DNA of 57,039 bases from the NCBI GenBank assembly GCA_000934665.2, contig KZ538640.1:1-57039 (forward strand). Direction: 5' to 3'. Shown piece by piece: positions 12,367 through 23,810 of this stretch (its first letter is position 1; the number at the start of each line of letters is the position of its first letter). This DNA comes from Catajapyx aquilonaris (Eukaryota). The notes beneath the pieces are model-generated. The model was not told where the DNA came from. It searched no databases and saw only the letters and a program-made list of their open reading frames with translations. Position numbers and translations under genes: made by a program.

Positions 12367-12508
12367 CTTTGTCGCCCCAGGGCCCCTCTTGTCCCTCGAA
12401 AGGGGGATTAAGGTGGTTGGGTAGTTAAAGGCATAATCATCCATGCTTCTGGCCACCTTGTTATGGAGACACTCAAGCCACCCCCCCCCCCACCCCCCCC
12501 CCACCCCA

Positions 12509-12866
12509 TTTATTTATTTTTATTTATCTTTCGTTTACCCCGTGATGACCCTTACGGGTTCTATAGGGGGAGGGGTTACACCACCATCAGTTTTATATAT
12601 AGTTTTTCTACTTTAATCTCCGGTCCAAGGAATCAATGACATTGGGAAGGGATCGGGATTTTTGAGGCGGAAACGTGGGTGCAAGTGCATTGTCTCAATT
12701 GCGGGTCATGTGCTGTTCCCCAGGAGGTTAGGTTGCCAGACACCTCCAAGCTGCGGGTCACAGACCCTCCCGACGCAAATAAAAGGGAACTCCCAGGGCG
12801 AGATCGAACCTGGGACCTTTCACTCAGTAAGCCTAGACGTTACCATCTCGGCCACCACACCTCCCC
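12509..12866 (-). mobile_element. SINE type A, copy 2
   Basis: Same head, body and tail as the other A copies, with a (TAAA)n tail and a degenerate C-rich TSD. Confidence 0.9.
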
Positions 12867-12891
12867 AAACCCACCCCCCAGTTTGTTCGAA

Positions 12892-13200
12892 GGGCGTGTT
12901 GAATTTTCGGTTGCCTGAATAGGTGACGTAAGGTGACGTCACGAAAATAAACACGGCCGAAATTCGAACCTGTCTTGTGACACGTCTATGACTCATCTGG
13001 TACAGTACGTCAGTATCAGCCTGCTATGGGCGACCTGAGGCACGGCTTTGACCCCAGGTCAACAGTGGCACAGATCCAGCGGGACTGGCAGCCAAGACAG
13101 GAATTGACGAGCCACTATAAACGTTCTAATTTCGGCCGTGTTTATTTTCGTGACGTCACCATACGTCACCTATTCAGGCAACCGAAAACTAAACACGCCC
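12892..13200. mobile_element. PIF/Harbinger-type MITE
   Basis: ~78 bp TIRs GGGCGTGTT...TTTCGGTTGCCTGAATAGGTGACGTA.GGTGACGTCACGAAAATAAACACGGCCGAAATT; flanks are GAA and TAA. Confidence 0.8.
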
Positions 13201-13289
13201 TAAGAACAAATTGGGGGTGGGGCTTGAGTGACGCCATAATAAGGTGGCCAGAAGCATGGAACATTATTTCTTTCGAATTATAGCCAGAG

Positions 13290-13290
<1 letters not shown>

Positions 13291-13350
<60 letters not shown>
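13291..13350. repeat. (AT)n microsatellite
   Basis: Read directly. Confidence 0.95.
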
Positions 13351-13352
<2 letters not shown>

Positions 13353-13900
13353 TTTCCTTTATCTTCATATGGCCAGGCGGATCCAGAAGATAGAACTCCT
13401 CGCGAGGGGTTTAAAGTTCATCCCATTGGCTTGCGCGACAGTGGACGGGGTTCGAAGTTGGATGTCGGACAACAATAGTAGCTGTGTCCTTTTTGGAGAT
13501 TTGGAAATGGCCACCTTATAGATGAGCAGCAGAAAAGCAATTTGAAATGTGCGCCAGAGTCCTCAAGGTTTCTTATTTACAAGTAGTCTGGTAAATAAAA
13601 CTTGCGCTATCCTACTTACAACCCTACCGAACCCTGATTAGTCGACAGGTAGGGGGCAGGGCTAATTATGATTGACAGGACACACGGCACCTTCCAAAAC
13701 CCCGAAGTTAGCTTGCCCCTACTGTAATAAGCTTGTATGGAGTTATATTCATATGAGATGTGACTTGTTAGATAAAGAATAGTACTAGTAGTTTACCTTA
13801 CCTTTTGTAAACGCCTCTGGAGTAAAATAATGCTGCCTCCTCAAGTTGTGTATATTGATAGAATAACTATCAACGCACATCCAGGGTAACGTATAGTACA

Positions 13901-14146
13901 GCAACAATGACAAAGTTCCAATAGGCCATCATTATTCCCGTCCACACACAAGAGAAGGACACAGAAATCAAAAGTCTCTGTTCCTCTTTGAGGGCCTAAA
14001 TTGAGAATAATAGAATGCTAATTCCCAATTAATGAAAAATCTGACCAACAATTACCTTAAATTTTAATAATATATGTAAATACATTGATGATTTTTAACA
14101 TTTTATGACAGAAAAAATATACAGTATTTGGGCATTCACTACAAAA
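13901..14146 (+). repeat. dispersed repeat, copy 2 of 9471-9715
   Basis: Collinear similarity to copy 1. Confidence 0.8.
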
Positions 14147-14224
14147 TAAGTGGTAGTTAGGGTAAGCTTTTATGAGAACAAACTCTGATCAGGCATTTAT
14201 TTAATGCCTTCTGCACCAGTAATA

Positions 14225-14580
14225 CAGGGTTGGGCAAAATGTATCACATGATTTGAATCACGTGGTACGGTGGTGCTGTTTGAGTATGCAGGGTATATTA
14301 GCATGTGCTGGAGTGGGGAAGGTTTGCCATTTGCAAAAATGGTGTCGTGGTCGCCAGAGCACTGTGCATTCTTTGTGGAGACTTATTTTAAAATTAACGA
14401 GTTCCCCAGCTCTACGAAGGATATTTCTTCGCCATTTTGAGCTGGGATATCAGGACGAAGTTATCGACCACCGGACAAACATAAGGTGGGTGAAGCAATT
14501 CCTGAACACATCATCATCCCTGGACCAGAATAGCACTGGTCTAAAGACACAACGGACCTGCAACGGACCCCCCAAGGGGT
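14225..14580 (+). pseudogene. Tc1/mariner element 5' end with DUF4817-type HTH transposase N-terminus
   Basis: TA|CAGGGT terminus. From ATG 14339: MVSWSPEHCAFFVETYFKINE / ALRRIFLRHFELGYQDEVIDHRTNIRWVKQFLNTSS (frameshifted), typical of DUF4817 transposases. Confidence 0.8.
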
Positions 14581-14654
14581 ATTCAACGCGCTACTCCGAG
14601 GCCATTCCAAGCGTCAAAAAAGGTTCTTCGGGCCACTTTGTCCCTTGCTTTCAA

Positions 14655-14990
14655 TAATTGTTGCACAGCTTCATCTTGTAAGGCTGAAAGTGCAGGACAT
14701 CATGGATGATGCGGCACAGGGAGCGTGCCGACATTAATAGTGCCAACGGAGTGCCTAACTGCTGATCTCCAAGGACTTCGGAGGAGCGCATTGTGTACAT
14801 CTTGGGAGGGTCAGCTATATGTCCTTGGATGTCCACTGCTTTTTTGGTTCCTGATGCTGTGTCCCGGAACTGCTTCACCGCCCTTATGATTGCCCGGTGG
14901 TCGGGGACTTGGTTCTGATGTCCCAGCCCAAAATGGCGAAGAAAGATCCTTTGCAGTTTGCACAGCTATGGTAGAGTCATTATTTTTGTC
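14655..14990 (-). pseudogene. second, inverted copy of the same transposase N-terminus
   Basis: The minus strand reads QRIFLRHFGLGHQNQVPDHRAIIRAVKQFRDTASGTKK...MSARSLCRIIHDVLHFQPYKMKL. Confidence 0.8.
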
Positions 14991-15176
14991 AATATTTTTA
15001 AACTATAATTTTTTTTCCTCGTTTCTTATTGGGAAAATGTTCAGAAAATTCAATAGGAACTGACATTGCGTTACTCAATTCTTCTTGGGTCTGAGGAGGA
15101 TAGGGAGTTCCCTCTAGTGTGCTGGAAATCCCACTTTCTAGAATTATCGGTACTGCTGCATCATGGGGTACTATGC

Positions 15177-15311
15177 TGGGGCTCAAATTGCTTTGGCCAC
15201 TTTATCCTGGTCTTGAAGCAACCCTTCGCACACACACACCTGCTCAACGTGGGGCCTGTGTGAAGGGTTGCTTCAAGACCAGGATAAAGTGGCCAAACAA
15301 TTTGAGCCCCA
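15177..15311. repeat. hairpin (~50 bp arms)
   Basis: TGGGGCTCAAATTG.TTTGGCCACTTTATCCTGGTCTTGAAGCAACCCTTC pairs with its reverse complement across a ~30 nt loop. Confidence 0.9.
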
Positions 15312-15790
15312 AAGTACATACTGAAAAAATTGTAGAAACACAGGAGTATTACAATAATTGCAAATTTAGGGGCATGAGCCTGACATCATAGCCTTTTGGA
15401 CATAACTTAAGCATTGCAAGTGACCCTGACCCTGACATTATGCTGCAAAAATTCTTGTAAAAGGTTTATGTCCCATAACGCAACATATGGCTATATGTGT
15501 CATGAAAATATAATGCCAGCTAGGCAGCTAGGATTGCCCAATAAAAAATGTGCCGCTGATAAATACTGGCACTCCCGCCTGGCATTTCATTTCCATGCTG
15601 CAAAAGCACATGGCCCTATGACTTCATTGCATTTGAAAATAACTCAGCCTATTGTTAACTTGACACTTCACAGAAATACAGTGGTCGCACAGTACATACC
15701 TCAAAGTGGAGGACCAGGGGAGCAGCCGCAGGATCTGAATATGATGTGCCTGTAAGAAAAGGTATGGATTTCTATAGCCCACATATACTT

Positions 15791-15937
15791 GTATCATCAG
15801 TTCAAAAAGAATTGTCCCAGTCATCCTGATGTGTGTGCTGCCCGCTCGACACACACCATGTAACTTACATGGTGTGTGTCGAGCGGCCAGCCCACACGTC
15901 AGGATGACTGGGACAGTTCTTTTTGCACTGTTGATAC
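15791..15937. repeat. near-perfect palindrome (73 bp arms, 1 nt loop)
   Basis: Centre is ...CACACCATGTAA-C-TTACATGGTGTG... at 15864, with a few arm mismatches. Confidence 0.95.
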
Positions 15938-15976
15938 TGTCAATAACTTCCACATTGGCAAATATGCTGCACATAC

Positions 15977-16399
15977 CAACTGGTAATAGGCCATCATCAT
16001 CAAATGGATTTTCCTGCGGTTCCCCTGCCTCGCCTATCATGCCTAAAATCTTTGATGAGAAGCTACTCGCAGCCTTCGAGAAGGTACAGTACCTCCACCA
16101 GTTCGGTACAACTCCCTCTTGTCTGCAGCAGACTGCTTCTTTGCTTTTTTTCAGGCATTCATATATGCATACCTGAGCTGCTTCCAGGTCCTCTTGATGG
16201 TAGCAGTGGAGCTGAACTCAACTTCTACCCTTCTCCAAGCGTCTGTTATTAACAGTGTCAGTCATCTTGTTTTCCAGCACGAACGGTGCCGGTGAACAAG
16301 GTCACTTAAGAGCGTCTGCTCTTTTGGACCGAAATTTCGGCTCCGGCTCCTCTTCACCACAGATTCTGTGCCAGATTCTGCGCCTTCTGCCTCCATCAT
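15977..16399 (-). pseudogene. Myb/SANT-like DNA-binding protein (Harbinger ORF1 type), decayed
   Basis: Manual translation across frameshifts and one stop: MMEAEGAESGTESVVKRSRSRNFGPKEQTLLSDLVHRHR/VLENKMTDTVNN/DAWRRVEVEFSSTATIKRTWKQLRYAYMNA*KKAKKQSAADKRELYRTGGGT../KILGMIGEAGEPQENPFDDDG, then a GTATGT donor. This fits the Myb_DNA-bind_5/MSANTD pattern. Confidence 0.85.
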
Positions 16400-16600
16400 G
16401 TGCTCTGGTTGCTCTGGAAAGATCAGGGCAGGTCACGACCGCGTATAAAATAGCCAGCAGGCCTAGTTAGGGTGAGCATAGGCCTTCACCTTCGGTCCCA
16501 ACCACGGTCTTACAGGTTCCAAGAAGCTGCGCTGAGTGACAAACTGGTGTGCTCTGTGTTCTCTCTACCGTGTACCGTCGACTACCGTGACCACAGGACA

Positions 16601-16622
16601 GCGCCATCTTGTTGTGACGTCA
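16601..16622. promoter_or_regulatory. YY1-like and CRE motifs upstream of the Myb-like pseudogene
   Basis: GCGCCATCTT (16601) and TGACGTCA (16615) lie ~200 bp upstream of the ATG. Confidence 0.35.
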
Positions 16623-16715
16623 CGCGTATAACGTCCTCGACTAGCGGCCAATCCGGGAACTCGCAGCATGAACCCTGTAAAAACCATGGTAAAAACATCC
16701 TCTACAATTTTGTTG

Positions 16716-16833
16716 CCGGTTTCACCATGTCCGGTTTTGATAAACCCTTCTTTTGGAAAATCCTTATTCTATTTGAAGGGATTTTCCGAAAGAACCGGGG
16801 TTTTATCAAAATCGGGCTTAGTGAAACCGGTCC
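16716..16833. mobile_element. Harbinger-like terminal hairpin/TIR
   Basis: CCGGTTTCACCATGTCCGGTTTTGATAAACC pairs with GGTTTTATCAAAATCGGGCTTAGTGAAACCGG. It ends ...CCGGTCC|TAA. Confidence 0.55.
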
Positions 16834-19800
16834 TAAGATTGCTATACCGGTATGTGAAAAAAATGTCTTACATGTCATTGTTAGCATGTTGACTGTGATT
16901 GTTAAACGCTGATTGGTGGCCATGACCCGAAGATGATATTTATTATGTACTACTCGTATAAAGGTACTGTTGATGTACAATATATCTGTAATGCACAATG
17001 TGATGCAAATAAATCCAAGGTGCCACAATATGTGCTTTTGTTACAGTGCATATCCGTATATTTTGACCTAATGCATTTCATGAGCAAATGATGAGCTACA
17101 TATAAATCATTTTGGTTACTCTCGCCAAAATGGCTCTACCATTTTTTTTTAAATATGCTACTCTACATGTAACATACACCCTCAGAACTCCCCTCTGGAA
17201 GATTCATTCTCATGCTCAATTCTCATATTAAACCTGGTGTCGGTAAATGTGGCCCATTTTTTCGCCATATTTCAGACACGAGGTGCACTGGCTGCAAAGG
17301 CACACTCGTATGGCTTATTAATTCCATAATTCCAGCCAGTGTTTCGGTGACCTCGGCCCGGAAGCCACTTGCCGAGAGACATCCCAGGCCTGAAATGTAG
17401 CGTGAAAAAAAGCGTGATTCAGTGGAGGAAACATTTTGGACCGGCTGGAAATCTCTTGCACTTCCTGAGCTGCACCAAAGGCGCCATTCAAATGAGGGAA
17501 GAAGAGAAGGGTTTTTTTCCCCCCCGCTTGGTGACTGTGACGACATATCCTCCAGCTATGCGTATAATTATTTTTTTAGTTCCCACCCAGTCCTTGTTTC
17601 AATCCTTTCCTCCGGGGAGTGAATGCGCATGTGTTCTCGCATGCATTATCTCACCATGATATCAGCTACGTCAGTGCTGCACTTGTACGGCCTATTTGCG
17701 AAGGGGAATATTTACTGGGCTAAATACCCGGGTTTCCTTGCTCATAAATATATGGTTCAGGTTCAATGATATCCTGGCCATCAGCACTTTAGCAAGGTGA
17801 AGCATGATTTTAATCATATTAAAATGTGTACTAAATAGTACTGTACATTTGACCGTACTTTAACGATTTTGGTGGCATGTTCAGGGTAGGGTGGTAGCCA
17901 ATGATTGTTTGAAATTCAATTCGAACTCTTGACCTTTAGCATGCCAGGCAGTGGTAGAAACGCCGGGAAAAACCCGAACAAGTTAGTGAAGCGAGCGTCT
18001 GGGAATAGAACTAGCATGGACTTCAGATGACTTACGCATGCTATATTACCGTGGGCATCAGCGAATGACTTTGAACAGGTTTTACAGAGCTATTCGAGGC
18101 CAAAATTCAAGAGAAAAAAGGTAGGATTATTAACTCCAGAAACCTGGGTCAAGATAGGCAACCATCCAAACAGCACAATAGATTGTTGCAACCAGCCTTT
18201 TGTCTAATCTTGTTGCTGGAGTGAACAGTCCATTATTCCCTGGAACTTGAGACCTGGGCAGCCTCTCACTCTCTATACTTCTATAAGGACGGTAGAACTG
18301 GTCACAATGGTAGGCTACTATCATAAAAGTGCGATCTGCTCGTAAAAGGTATACTGTACATCCATCAGTGACAGTAATACGACTTTCTTTTCGCACTAGT
18401 ATTACTAATTACCGTACTTTGAAGGTAGTTTGATGGGGAGAACATTAGAGACGTCACTTGTTGTCTGGTCGTTTTGCATTTCAGATCTTCGCGCAGTAGT
18501 TCCTATTATATGTAGCTGATTCTTTCTACTCATTTTACTACTTGTCAATTTTGTTCATGTGAACTATTGAGTGATACACGTGGCAGATTTTGTTCCGGTC
18601 CAACTTCTAAGGACAATATTGGCTTCCTTTTAAGCAATCCGAAACATTTCCTTTTCCTTTCTAGTATAAAGTAAAAAATATATATACACATCATCTTTCT
18701 CTATCCGTTCCGGTTGAACCTGAAATTTGACAGCCGTTCAGACGTAAATCCCATTCCCATCTCTCTAGCTCTCCAATATTTTCATTTCTGCTCTCCTTTT
18801 TTTGCTGCACAAAAACCTGTTTTGGAAAAAAGGGGAAATGTGCCCGTCTTTACGTGCAAGAGTGAACAACCCCATGGTTTCCGAGCCCCAGCATTTTCCG
18901 CACCGCGTCTTTTCGGGCTTCCTATAAAACTTGTATGCAAACATGGGAGAGACAAATATTGAAGCAGTTGATACTGTAATGCTGTTTACAGAAATCAAAT
19001 ATTCTCTCCGCGTTGTGATTGGTGCCATTGTATACGTCGTTTCATATTGCACATTATTTGCTTACATGGCAGTATACTGTACATGGTTCACACAAAAAAT
19101 CTAATTAATTTGTCGACTTTCCATTCGTGTTGATATTAAAGTACAGTATAACATGCAGCATCTATTAGTATAATGCTGCTGTTGGGTGTTTTGTAGCTAA
19201 TTTTGCAAGATGCAATAAGTTACAACGAATCAATGGCAATGACTTGTGCCCTTTTACAATTTATTGAGAACTCACAAACAGCCTTAAATTGAATTTTACC
19301 GACCTTACTAACCAAACTTTGCTCCATGTTTTCAAAAATACTCTCTGACCACATTTTGAGCTTGTCAGGAGCTTGTAGTTTACAAATATACAGCAAATTA
19401 AATTGAGCCACTGCTGTTACAGTAATAACCTTTAAGTACTTTTTTCCGTTCCGTATATGCCCACTAAGAGCACTCTGTTAATTTGTACAAAACTGTGGTA
19501 CGGCAGATTTTTTTTTTTTTTGCTAAATTTTTCACAAGCCGGAAAGGTGTGTAGGCGGTAGGAAGTGTGTGGGTTGAACACGACCATTACATGCGAAAAA
19601 GGTGGGCGTGCAAACCCGACTAGATTTTCACCCCGAACAGAGAGGTGCACCGATTATGCACGGGTATAAAACCAATGCTGTAAAATCTGGGTGCGCCTAT
19701 GCATAAATAGCAATTAAAAATTGGCGTCGAGCTGATTATGCGATGACTCTGATTACGCAAATAAATACGAGCCGAACACACAAATAAACAATTCATAACA

Positions 19801-21187
19801 TGCATTGACGCCGCACTTGCCGCATTAGGTGAGGTGGAACCATCATTAGCACCATGGGCGTTAGGTGTGACAGTCACCTTGGAAATATCAACCATGTCTT
19901 TCTTAATGACGATTATTTTGCACAAGTAGGGAGACCTGCATCAATCTCTGCCAGTGGTGAAAATCTTTTGGAGGTCTACAAAGGAGCTAGGGGGTGTATA
20001 GAGCACTTTTGGCGTTACATGGTGGGGGTTTCAAAGACGTCAAAATGATTTTGGGTCATTCCACACGCGAGGGTGCCATTTGGCCAGAACAAATCGTCGA
20101 AAACTGTTTTCGGTGAATAAAGGCTCCTGAATGTATAATCAATAATCTGTGGCGTTTTGGAGGTGCCAACATGGGCCTCGCCAAGTTCTGCCCTCATCAA
20201 CACACGCAACCTCTGCATGCAGTGGGACACAATACATCTTTGACGGGTCTTGATTGACCTACGGTCAGTAAAGCACCACTCTCTCTTACTTGGTTGCGGT
20301 TGGGTACTGGCTGTACACTACACGCACAGTGTTTCTCAAAATAACGGGGGCGGCTCTTGATGGCTTTCCAGAACACAAACCCTGACAAATAAGCAGTGGG
20401 ACAGGAATATTCTCGCTTTTCACTTTTTTGGCGGACCACCAACATGCGACCGTTTTCTTTGTCTCCGACGATGGTAATCTTCAACCCTTTACGGATGAAC
20501 TGCTCACATTTTGATATAATAAACTGCAGTCCCCTGACATAGCAGCTCTGCAAAAGGTTGTAGAAATCCCTGCATTATTTGCTATCATAAACCGTGGAGT
20601 TCAGGCAAGAAAAACTGGGATTTTCATTATTTTACTTGAGAGTGCCTAGGATTGGCATATTTTACACAGCTTATAGTTGATATCCGAGATAGAAATTGCC
20701 CAGTAAAGTTTGTGACCGTTGTTTGTGCTAGACAAAGCAGTAAGTTAATAGGTCTACACGTCTACTCGTGTCGACAGCGTGGCAGTGAGACTCGATCCTT
20801 TAGAATTATTATGCTAGGTCTATAAAGTAACAGTGGTGTGTTCCATTGTTTTAGTGGGAAGCTACGCTGAGTGCCAGAGTTAAACACACACGATATGCCT
20901 AATATAGCGTTGTGCATAGTATGTTACGGTTAATATTTTTCATTATAAATAAGTTGTATTGAATAATAACATTTTACTACAATAAATTATTTAGGAAATC
21001 ATGGGAGGGGGGAGTGAGGACAATTTGTTTCCTCTTCTACCTTCACATCATTAGTTTATTACATAAAACTTACATTAAAGGAAAGATCTGAGAAGGCTAC
21101 AAAGCAACATAACATATTGTTCATCACTCAGAAAATTTAGGTGTTTGAATTCTAAAAATTCGAGCAATGGCTTTTATTCCAACCCAT

Positions 21188-21486
21188 ACCGAAGCAGTTT
21201 GGTGGAGTGGATAAGGTGTTCGACTGCTAATCGGGAGGTCCTGGGTTCGAGTCCCGGGGCAGGCAATCCTAACCGTGGCTTTCTGTGGTTTCCCACGGTC
21301 TCCCCAGGAGAATTCCAGGATAGCTTCCTTAATAATAGGCCACAGCCGCTTCCTTCCGTCCCTATCCTATCCCAAAAAGCAAAGTAAAAGTAAAAGCAAA
21401 GAGTTCAAGTCAAAACAAAATTGGGATGAACTCCCCCCCTAAAGAGCCGCCGGTTGATAACGGGGTATGAATTATTATTATAATTG
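21188..21486 (+). mobile_element. tRNA-derived SINE, type B, copy 1
   Basis: Head ACCGAAGCAG..TGGTGGAGTGG (box A) and GGTTCGAGTCC (box B). TSD TTCCAACCCAT(AC) at 21177 and 21487; (ATT)n tail. Confidence 0.9.
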
Positions 21487-22172
21487 TTCCAACCCATACA
21501 CAGCTGCCCTCATCCTCATGGGGGCCATACCCATTTATCGCAACTATATTCTCCTTTGGGATTTTTTTTTATTTAGCTGCAAGAAACATGCATGCAATGT
21601 TATATAGGCTATACACCATTTGTTTCACAAACTATGTGCCTACTGCTTCGCTCGTTCAGTGAGACACATATTCGGCAGGGTTGAAACAGAGTCAACAAAC
21701 TAGTGGATCTACGGTGTTTGCTGTCTCTCAGGCTGCACCACATCAAAGAGAATTAAAAATGTTCGCCATACAGGATAATATGGGTAGATTTTAAAGACAG
21801 GTTTAAACCGCGGTTCTTGGAAGCCGAAGTTTAAACCGAGTGTATTTCTACAAAGACGTGGTTGAGACAATGCCAAAGTTTAGGTCACTGCCTAACACAG
21901 ACCAGGGCTGAGCCAAGGCCCAAGCTCCTGGCTCATTGCGTGTTTGGCTTACGTGTCGAGCAGTGGGTCTCAGCCGATTTATTAACTGGGTACGGTTATC
22001 ACATGCTATGTCACTAGCAGACGACATTTTCTAGTGCAGAGCGCATCTCCATGGCCTTAACCTGGTATATCGGTATTATACATGCCTTTTAAACCTTTCT
22101 CCAGGTCTAAGTTACCTTGGAATTGGTCATAATGGTGAATTTAGCGTATACCATCAAAACGTCTCTTTGGTA

Positions 22173-22334
22173 CAGTGTTGGTCATATATCGAGGCAACCG
22201 CCAGCGACATTTTTCCGAAGCGGCAGAAGAAGGAATCTTGTTCGCCCGGCGTGTAGTATGCTTATCTTCGATTCCTTCTTCTGCCGCTTATGAAAAATGT
22301 CGCTGGCGGTTGCCTCGATATATGACCGACACTG
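22173..22334. mobile_element. Tc1/mariner-type MITE
   Basis: TA|CAGTG...CACTG|TA ends with ~65 bp near-perfect TIRs. Confidence 0.85.
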
Positions 22335-22417
22335 TACAGTCCTTTCCATATCATACTGTACAGCGCATATACTACATGAATGAAATAATATTAATGTGTC
22401 CAGCTTCAACAGATCTT

Positions 22418-22807
22418 TTTTTACGTTACTTTACCCCCTGATAAGCGAAGAAAAATAGTACAGAAAACTGATGGTGGTGTGCCACCCCCCTAAAAAGGCT
22501 CCCTTTTTAGGGAGGTGGCACACCACCATCAGTTTTCTGTACTATTTTTCTTCGCTCACCAGTGCAAGGAGACAGGGACAAGGGTAAGGATAGGGATTTT
22601 TGAGGAGGAAACATGTGGTGCAAGTGCAAGGTCTGTAAAGGGGTCATGTGCTGTTCCCCAGGAGGTTAGGTTGCCAGACACCTCCTTGGTGCAGGTCAGA
22701 GACCCTCCTGACGCAGGTGAAAGGAAAGTTCCCCAGGCGGGGATCGAACCTGAGGCCTTTCACTCAGCAAGCCGAGACGTTACCATCTCGGCCATCTACA
22801 CCTCCCC
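22418..22807 (-). mobile_element. SINE type A, copy 3, with an internal fold-back duplication
   Basis: 15 bp TSD GCTTCAACAGATCTT (22403-22417 and 22808-22822). An extra 55 bp inverted arm sits at 22444-22498. Confidence 0.95.
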
Positions 22808-23098
22808 GCTTCAACAGATCTTAAATCCACATGAAGAGGAACTGAGAAAATAGTGTTCTATTTCTGCGAAATTTATTTTGATAGTTATCCATCATAAATT
22901 CATCAGCACATAGTTGATATACGACGTTGTTATGTGCATTTCAAGTTGTAATATTTAAAAATGGAGGATAAGACGATTAAGACCATTTTATTGCGTATAA
23001 TAAGGGTAACAGAATCTTTGTTTTTTACCATACAACCACAAAAAGAGGCTAGTTTTTTGTACACTAAAATATATATTAAATATATTACAGTTGTAATA

Positions 23099-23386
23099 AA
23101 TAAATATCAGACCCCATTGAAGCCGTTCTGGCTTTTTAGGGGGGGAGATTTGTTTTCTTGGCTGGAACTCTTGTAAACTTTATTTCGCTTTTTGGGACGG
23201 GATAGGGATGGAAGGAAGCGGGTGTGGCCTATTAACTAGGAAACAACTCCGGTATTCACCTGGAGGAACCGTGGGAAACCACAGAAAACCACGGTCAGAG
23301 TTGCCGGCACCGGGATTCGAACCTCGAACCCAGGACCTCCCGATTAGCAGGCGGACTCCATATCCACTACACCAACCTGCTTCGGT
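23099..23386 (-). mobile_element. SINE type B, copy 2
   Basis: TSD ATTACAGTTGTAATA (23084-23098 and 23387-23401). Head and body match the copy at 21188. Confidence 0.9.
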
Positions 23387-23686
23387 ATTACAGTTGTAAT
23401 ATGGCCTTACCTTCTTGTATGCATTAGTAGTACCTACTGTATCAATTTTCATCGCGTACTGGCATGCCTTACTAAGGTATTAACCACTTTATAAACACTA
23501 AGCACAGGAAGGCTTGAGATGTTAAACAAAATGACCCTGCGAGACAATTATTATCAGTGGTAAAATAAATTTACTAATGAGGCAAATATCCTCTGCTTAT
23601 TTCGTAGTTAACCACAGAGCCATTAAGGATTTAAGACGTTCAGAAATTGCACGAGCGATGGAGGTGAGACTATTTGCGATTGATAT

Positions 23687-23717
23687 GATAATGATAATAA
23701 TAATAATAATAATAATG

Positions 23718-23771
<54 letters not shown>

Positions 23772-23810
23772 GATACCCCGTGATAGGAGGCCCCTTGGGC
23801 CTCTTAGGGG
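23687..23810 (-). mobile_element. tail-only retroposon fragment plus (AAT)n
   Basis: The minus strand reads CCCCTAAGAGGCCCAAGGGGCCTCCTATCACGGGGTATCC, followed by ~85 bp of (ATT)n. Confidence 0.75.

Larger units (their letters stand above)
12433..13267. repeat. old palindrome split by a SINE and a central MITE
   Basis: TCCATGCTTCTGGCCACCTTGTTATGGAGACACTCAAGCC...GTTTGTTC pairs with GAACAAATTGGGGGTGGGGCTTGAGTGACGCCATAATAAGGTGGCCAGAAGCATGGA. Confidence 0.8.

Noticed and set aside
22655..22710. 7SL-like words (AGGTTGCC, GCAGGTCA) in the SINE A body
   Set aside because: They are short, antisense to the SINE and wrongly spaced, so probably chance.
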